A stretch of 29,232 nt of DNA from Candidatus Aenigmatarchaeota archaeon. Lineage in GTDB: Archaea; Aenigmatarchaeota; Aenigmatarchaeia; Aenigmatarchaeales; Aenigmatarchaeaceae. The DNA lies in assembly GCA_043802485.1 (NCBI GenBank), contig JAZDKZ010000003.1, forward strand, positions 1 through 29,232, read 5' to 3'. The notes under the pieces were generated by a model. That model saw only the letters and a list, made by a program, of their open reading frames with translations, was not told the origin of the DNA and searched no databases. How positions within the stretch are numbered: the first letter of the stretch is position 1; every line of letters starts with the position of its first letter. Shown piece by piece: positions 25,679 to 29,232 of this stretch. The position numbers and the translations under genes were made by a program.

Positions 25679-26905
25679 TTAATCCCACTGCTTTAATGCG
25701 ATGTCTAACTCTTTATTTTTCTTTGCGCATTCTTTTAAAGGAATATTATTCATCGTAGCTTCTAAAGCTTGCCGCATGGACCTTGCTCCGGCAACAGTCC
25801 CACCTTTGTGGCCATGTATTCCGCCACCAGCCTGGATTATGATGTCGTTGCCGGTTATCTTTACCAACGACGGAATCATGCATGCGTGAAGGCCACCAGA
25901 AGAGACTGGCATGGTCGTCTTTATGTTGTACATCTTGCTTCTCAGGGCGTCGCAGTTCTGCAGAACATCCTCCTTTGTCTCGAACATCTTGCCGACAGCT
26001 GTTCCTACATGAAGCTGATCAAGACCGACCAGCCTTGTGATTTTAGATATGACCCGCATGGAGATGCCGTGCCTGGGGTCTTTTGTGAAAGCCGCATGCC
26101 CTGCCCTGTGGGCATGCATCACCAGCTTCAAATCGTTGTTGGCTTCCCTCAGAGTCTGCAAGGCAGACCAACCAACTGTAAGAATGTCAACCATCATGTA
26201 CCTGCCACCAGCCTCTTTCACGAAATTGGCCCTTTTCAGCATAGTATCTGTCTCGGCTGTCACATTAGGCATGTAGACTTTCTTCTCGCCGGTTTCTTTT
26301 TCAGCTTTGTCCCTCATCTTCAATGTTTCCACAACTCTCTTTGAGAAATTGTTGAACTTTTGATTAGAAAGATTTTCATCATCCTTGACGATGTCAATGC
26401 CACCGACCCATGCATCGTAAGCTACGCGGGCATGCTCCTTCTCGTTCAAACCGATCTTGGGCTTGACTATTGTTCCTACAAGAGGTCTCTTTGGAACCTT
26501 TAGCAATTTCCTGATGCCCTTGATACCATACAAAGGACCTAGGAATGACTTGGCAATACTGAAAGGGAACTCTATATCTTCGAGACGAAGGCCTTTGACA
26601 GCCTTCATGCCGAACACATTGCCGGCAACGCTTGAAAGAATCTGCGGCATGTTACCCTCTTCAAAAAGAATGGAAGGATAGGCAATCTTTGCAGTATTAC
26701 CTTTCAAAGAGAATATTCTTGCTCCGATTTTCTTTATCCTGGGCTTCATGGTAGCGACATCAACCCATGTCCCTACGGAGGACTCGCCTGCAACCATCTC
26801 TGCTGCCAGTTTAATAGAAACCCCTTTGGCAGGCTCTATCCTGAACTCGCATACTATGTCATCCTTAGGCCTGTAATCCAAATCAATGAAATCTTTGTAT
26901 CCCAT
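25679..26905 (-). CDS. rbcL: Form III RuBisCO
   Basis: GESSVGTW, GNVFGMK, KPKIG, DIVKDDE, HAHRA, LHVGTAVGKM, SSGG, QAGGG: catalytic motifs intact. Confidence 0.96.
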   Translation of the reverse strand: MGYKDFIDLDYRPKDDIVCEFRIEPAKGVSIKLAAEMVAGESSVGTWVDVATMKPRIKKIGARIFSLKGNTAKIAYPSILFEEGNMPQILSSVAGNVFGMKAVKGLRLEDIEFPFSIAKSFLGPLYGIKGIRKLLKVPKRPLVGTIVKPKIGLNEKEHARVAYDAWVGGIDIVKDDENLSNQKFNNFSKRVVETLKMRDKAEKETGEKKVYMPNVTAETDTMLKRANFVKEAGGRYMMVDILTVGWSALQTLREANNDLKLVMHAHRAGHAAFTKDPRHGISMRVISKITRLVGLDQLHVGTAVGKMFETKEDVLQNCDALRSKMYNIKTTMPVSSGGLHACMIPSLVKITGNDIIIQAGGGIHGHKGGTVAGARSMRQALEATMNNIPLKECAKKNKELDIALKQWD

Positions 26906-27388
26906 CTAAAATCTTACCTTGTTGCTAGGTTTTATCGAAACTTCAAGTGTGTTCGCCATCCATTCCAAGGACCTCTTGTGATCCTTTTCAGTCGGCGCTG
27001 TTGTGCAGTCACTGACGATCACAGTCCTGTACTTTCTGTAGTGAGCGTCAGTGGCCGTGGTCTGCACGCACCAGTGAGTGCTTGAGCCTGTTATTATTAA
27101 CTTGTTTATCTTCCGCCCTTTTAATATTTTGTCCAGGTTGGTCTTGTAGAAGGAGCTAAAGTCTATTTTCTCGACTTTTAGGTCTCCCTTCCTTGGAAGA
27201 ATCTCCTCGTAGATTTTCGTCTTCCTCTCACCAAGAGAGACATGAACAGCATAGATTATTGTAGCGTTCTTCTCCCTTGCCCTTTCAATTAGTTTCTCTA
27301 GATTTGGAATTATTCTTTTCATCCTTGTTCTTGGTATCCAATTCTCCATACCATTTATCATATCTATAATCAGAAGGGCTGTTTTCAT
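26906..27388 (-). CDS. Isochorismatase-family cysteine hydrolase
   Basis: ALLIIDM (Asp), VEK..FSSF (Lys), ITGSSTHWCV (Cys), TATDA, VSDCT. Confidence 0.9.
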   Translation of the reverse strand: MKTALLIIDMINGMENWIPRTRMKRIIPNLEKLIERAREKNATIIYAVHVSLGERKTKIYEEILPRKGDLKVEKIDFSSFYKTNLDKILKGRKINKLIITGSSTHWCVQTTATDAHYRKYRTVIVSDCTTAPTEKDHKRSLEWMANTLEVSIKPSNKVRF

Positions 27389-28206
27389 TTCAGCAACTTC
27401 TTAACATTTCCAGGTGTCATGATGCCCTTTTCGGTCACAACCCTTTTCACATATTTCCAAGGTGTGACATCGAAAGCAGGATTTCTTACGACAAGATTTT
27501 TTATGTGTTCCACATAAACTTCGTCAGGGTCCCTTTCCTCTATCATTAGCTTCTTCCTCCTGTCCAGCTTCAAGGTATCGCCCACGACATAAAGCGGTTT
27601 ACTGTGCTCCTTGCAGAGCAAGGCAAGCATATACGTGCCTATCTTGTTAACAAAACCTTCCTTCCTCATGGCATCCGTGCCAACAATCACCATGTCAACG
27701 TCCTTTATGAAAAAACCCATGGCAGAATCAACTATAAGCGTGACCGGGATGCCCAGCTTGGCAAGCTCATTGGCAGTCTTTATGCCCTGCCACTTGGGCC
27801 TTGTCTCCGTGGCATAGACCTTTACCTTCTTGCCGTCCTTCCAAGCCTGCTTTATCAATGCCAACGCTTCGGTGGAATGGCAGCGTGTCATTATCTTGGA
27901 ATTGTTCTTTATCAGATTCCTTCCCCTTAAGGCAATCTCCTTGTCTGACTGCTTCAATTGTCTGAGCAGCCTGTCTATTGTCTTGGTGTTCTTGTCCTTT
28001 CTTATGATTTCAAGGCAGTTGTGCAGAACAACCGCTGTTGGCCTTGCCTTTTCCAGCTTCCTCACCGCTTTATCGAAATCTTTGCCAAAACCTTTTTTGT
28101 TTGTCAGGGTTCTCAGAAACTTTAGACTTTCCAGAGCAATGTCCTTGGCACCCTGTATCTCAAGGCTCCTTATCCTCTTCTCAAGGCTTGAAATGCTTTC
28201 AGGCAT
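27385..28206 (-). CDS. Ribose-1,5-bisphosphate isomerase (eIF-2B family)
   Basis: EIQGA, RPTAV, TRCHS (catalytic Cys), ETRPKWQG, VGTDA (Asp), NKIGT, NPAFDVTP; next to RuBisCO; start moved to ATG 28206. Confidence 0.88.
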   Translation of the reverse strand: MPESISSLEKRIRSLEIQGAKDIALESLKFLRTLTNKKGFGKDFDKAVRKLEKARPTAVVLHNCLEIIRKDKNTKTIDRLLRQLKQSDKEIALRGRNLIKNNSKIMTRCHSTEALALIKQAWKDGKKVKVYATETRPKWQGIKTANELAKLGIPVTLIVDSAMGFFIKDVDMVIVGTDAMRKEGFVNKIGTYMLALLCKEHSKPLYVVGDTLKLDRRKKLMIEERDPDEVYVEHIKNLVVRNPAFDVTPWKYVKRVVTEKGIMTPGNVKKLLK

Positions 28207-28248
28207 AAATTCTTTATGTCGAATGGACAAAATAAATATATGGTAAAC

Positions 28249-28884
28249 ATGGGAAATGAGAGCCTTATCGAGCACCTCAAGAGCATCGGCTACCTAAAGT
28301 CCAGAAATGTGGAAAAAGCTCTCAGGGACGCACCCAGAGAAAATTTTGTTCCTGATTCTATAAAGTATCTGGCGTACCGTGATGTGCCTCTGCATATAGG
28401 CAAGAACCAGACCATATCCCAGCCGGCCACTGTCGTTGCCATGACAGAGGCCCTTGAGGTCGAGGAGGGACAGAAGATTCTTGAGATAGGCACTGGTTCT
28501 GGCTGGCAGTCCGCGATTCTTGGAAAGCTGGTTGGCGAGAAGGGAGTCGTATATAGCATAGAGATAGTGGATGAACTGGTAAAGTTTGCAAAGGAGAACC
28601 TGAGTAGGCTGGGTATAAAGAACGTGAAGGTGATAAAGGGCGACGGCTCAGCATGCCTGAAGAAGAACGCTCCCTATGACAGGATACTCATGACAGCAGG
28701 CTCCCCTGAAATCCCGAAAGAATGCCTGAGCCAGCTGAAGACAGATGGCATACTCGTCATCCCTGTCGGCAACCTCTACCTGCAGAAGATGTATGTTGTT
28801 AAAAAGTCCAAAGGCAAAATAGAGAAGAAAGATATAGGCAATTTCATGTTCGTACCTCTTAGAGGCAAGCACGGTTTCAAATAG
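28249..28884 (+). CDS. pcm: Protein-L-isoaspartate O-methyltransferase
   Basis: PRENFV, AYRDVPL, QTISQP, LEIGTGSGW, APYDRI, FVPL; start 28249 or 28240. Confidence 0.95.
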   Translation: MGNESLIEHLKSIGYLKSRNVEKALRDAPRENFVPDSIKYLAYRDVPLHIGKNQTISQPATVVAMTEALEVEEGQKILEIGTGSGWQSAILGKLVGEKGVVYSIEIVDELVKFAKENLSRLGIKNVKVIKGDGSACLKKNAPYDRILMTAGSPEIPKECLSQLKTDGILVIPVGNLYLQKMYVVKKSKGKIEKKDIGNFMFVPLRGKHGFK

Positions 28885-28886
28885 TT

Positions 28887-29232
28887 CTATCCAAGCTTGC
28901 AGTTGCTAGCAACACTTAACCAGTAGGCCAAACCGGGTTCGAGCACTGTTACTGACTCATAGCCTCTTGTTATAGGGTTGTACCCTATGGGACCGCTCAA
29001 AACAACGCAGTTGCCCTTGATGCTGCCGAAGCTGACCGGCTCTGGCAGGGAGCCGATGAGGTTCTTGCCCTGCCTCAGCTCTGGGAAGTCCGCTATTGCT
29101 ATTGGTTCTCCCATAAGCCTTGCCTTGCAGGCTGATGCCAGCTTGATCCAGTAGCCCAGGCCTGGCTGCGCTATGGTCACCTTGTTGTAAGAATCTATGC
29201 TTGGGTTGTACTGATACATGGATGTCTCTGCT
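28887..29232 (-). CDS. 3' end of a probable secreted/surface protein with duplicated YNP..PGxxYW module (partial)
   Basis: Frame stays open to the window edge; YNPSIDSYNKV..PGLGYW..SAC and YNPITRGYESV..PGLAYW..SNC linked by GKNLIG. Confidence 0.7.
   Translation of the reverse strand, partial: AETSMYQYNPSIDSYNKVTIAQPGLGYWIKLASACKARLMGEPIAIADFPELRQGKNLIGSLPEPVSFGSIKGNCVVLSGPIGYNPITRGYESVTVLEPGLAYWLSVASNCKLG

Noticed and set aside
24262..26344. 159-197-aa plus-strand ORFs opposite gatE and rbcL
   Set aside because: Shadow ORFs of well-supported minus-strand genes
27385..28206. Annotation as eIF-2B subunit or methylthioribose-1-P isomerase
   Set aside because: CHS and ETRPKWQG motifs and RuBisCO linkage favour R15P isomerase; no MtnA-type DQR/HCNAG motifs
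28207..28275. Apparent head-to-head overlap of R15P isomerase and pcm
   Set aside because: Caused by over-extended starts; using ATG 28206 and 28240/28249 removes the overlap
1..29232. CRISPR array, rRNA, transposase
   Set aside because: No regularly spaced repeats, rRNA-like segments or transposase motifs; nearly all bases are assigned to genes

Overview
Gene-dense archaeal chromosome segment, most likely from a DPANN lineage (inferred from TBP, MCM, RFC, aIF2-beta, GatE, form III RuBisCO, a DPANN-like L40e variant, very short spacers and frequent gene overlaps). It is mostly housekeeping. In order: wHTH/membrane protein/MinD operon, prenol kinase, DUF1512, uL16, SDR epimerase, prepilin peptidase, TrmI, tRNA-Pro(TGG), tRNA-Thr(GGT) with a 12-nt intron, HAD-like protein, DGGGP synthase, L40e (absent from the ORF track), RFC-S, a 40-aa Zn-ribbon (absent from the ORF track), RFC-L, a TBP-MCM(intein)-RPA32-aIF2beta-pilin-like run, Dph6, a divergent Ogg-like glycosylase, YjbQ, MtaB, GlmS, DEAD-box helicase, GatE, an R15P isomerase-cysteine hydrolase-RuBisCO-Cys-rich protein operon, Pcm and a partial surface protein. 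The best leads are: (1) a cysteine hydrolase tightly coupled inside the R15Pi-RuBisCO nucleotide-catabolism operon; (2) a predicted three-way-junction RNA leader in front of a DEAD-box helicase that carries two motif substitutions; (3) GatE lacking its insertion domain; (4) the minimal tRNA intron; (5) the unannotated Zn-ribbon between RFC subunits; (6) an Ogg2-like enzyme lacking the canonical C-terminal lysine. No CRISPR array, rRNA or transposase was seen. All family calls come from motif recognition by eye, not from database searches.
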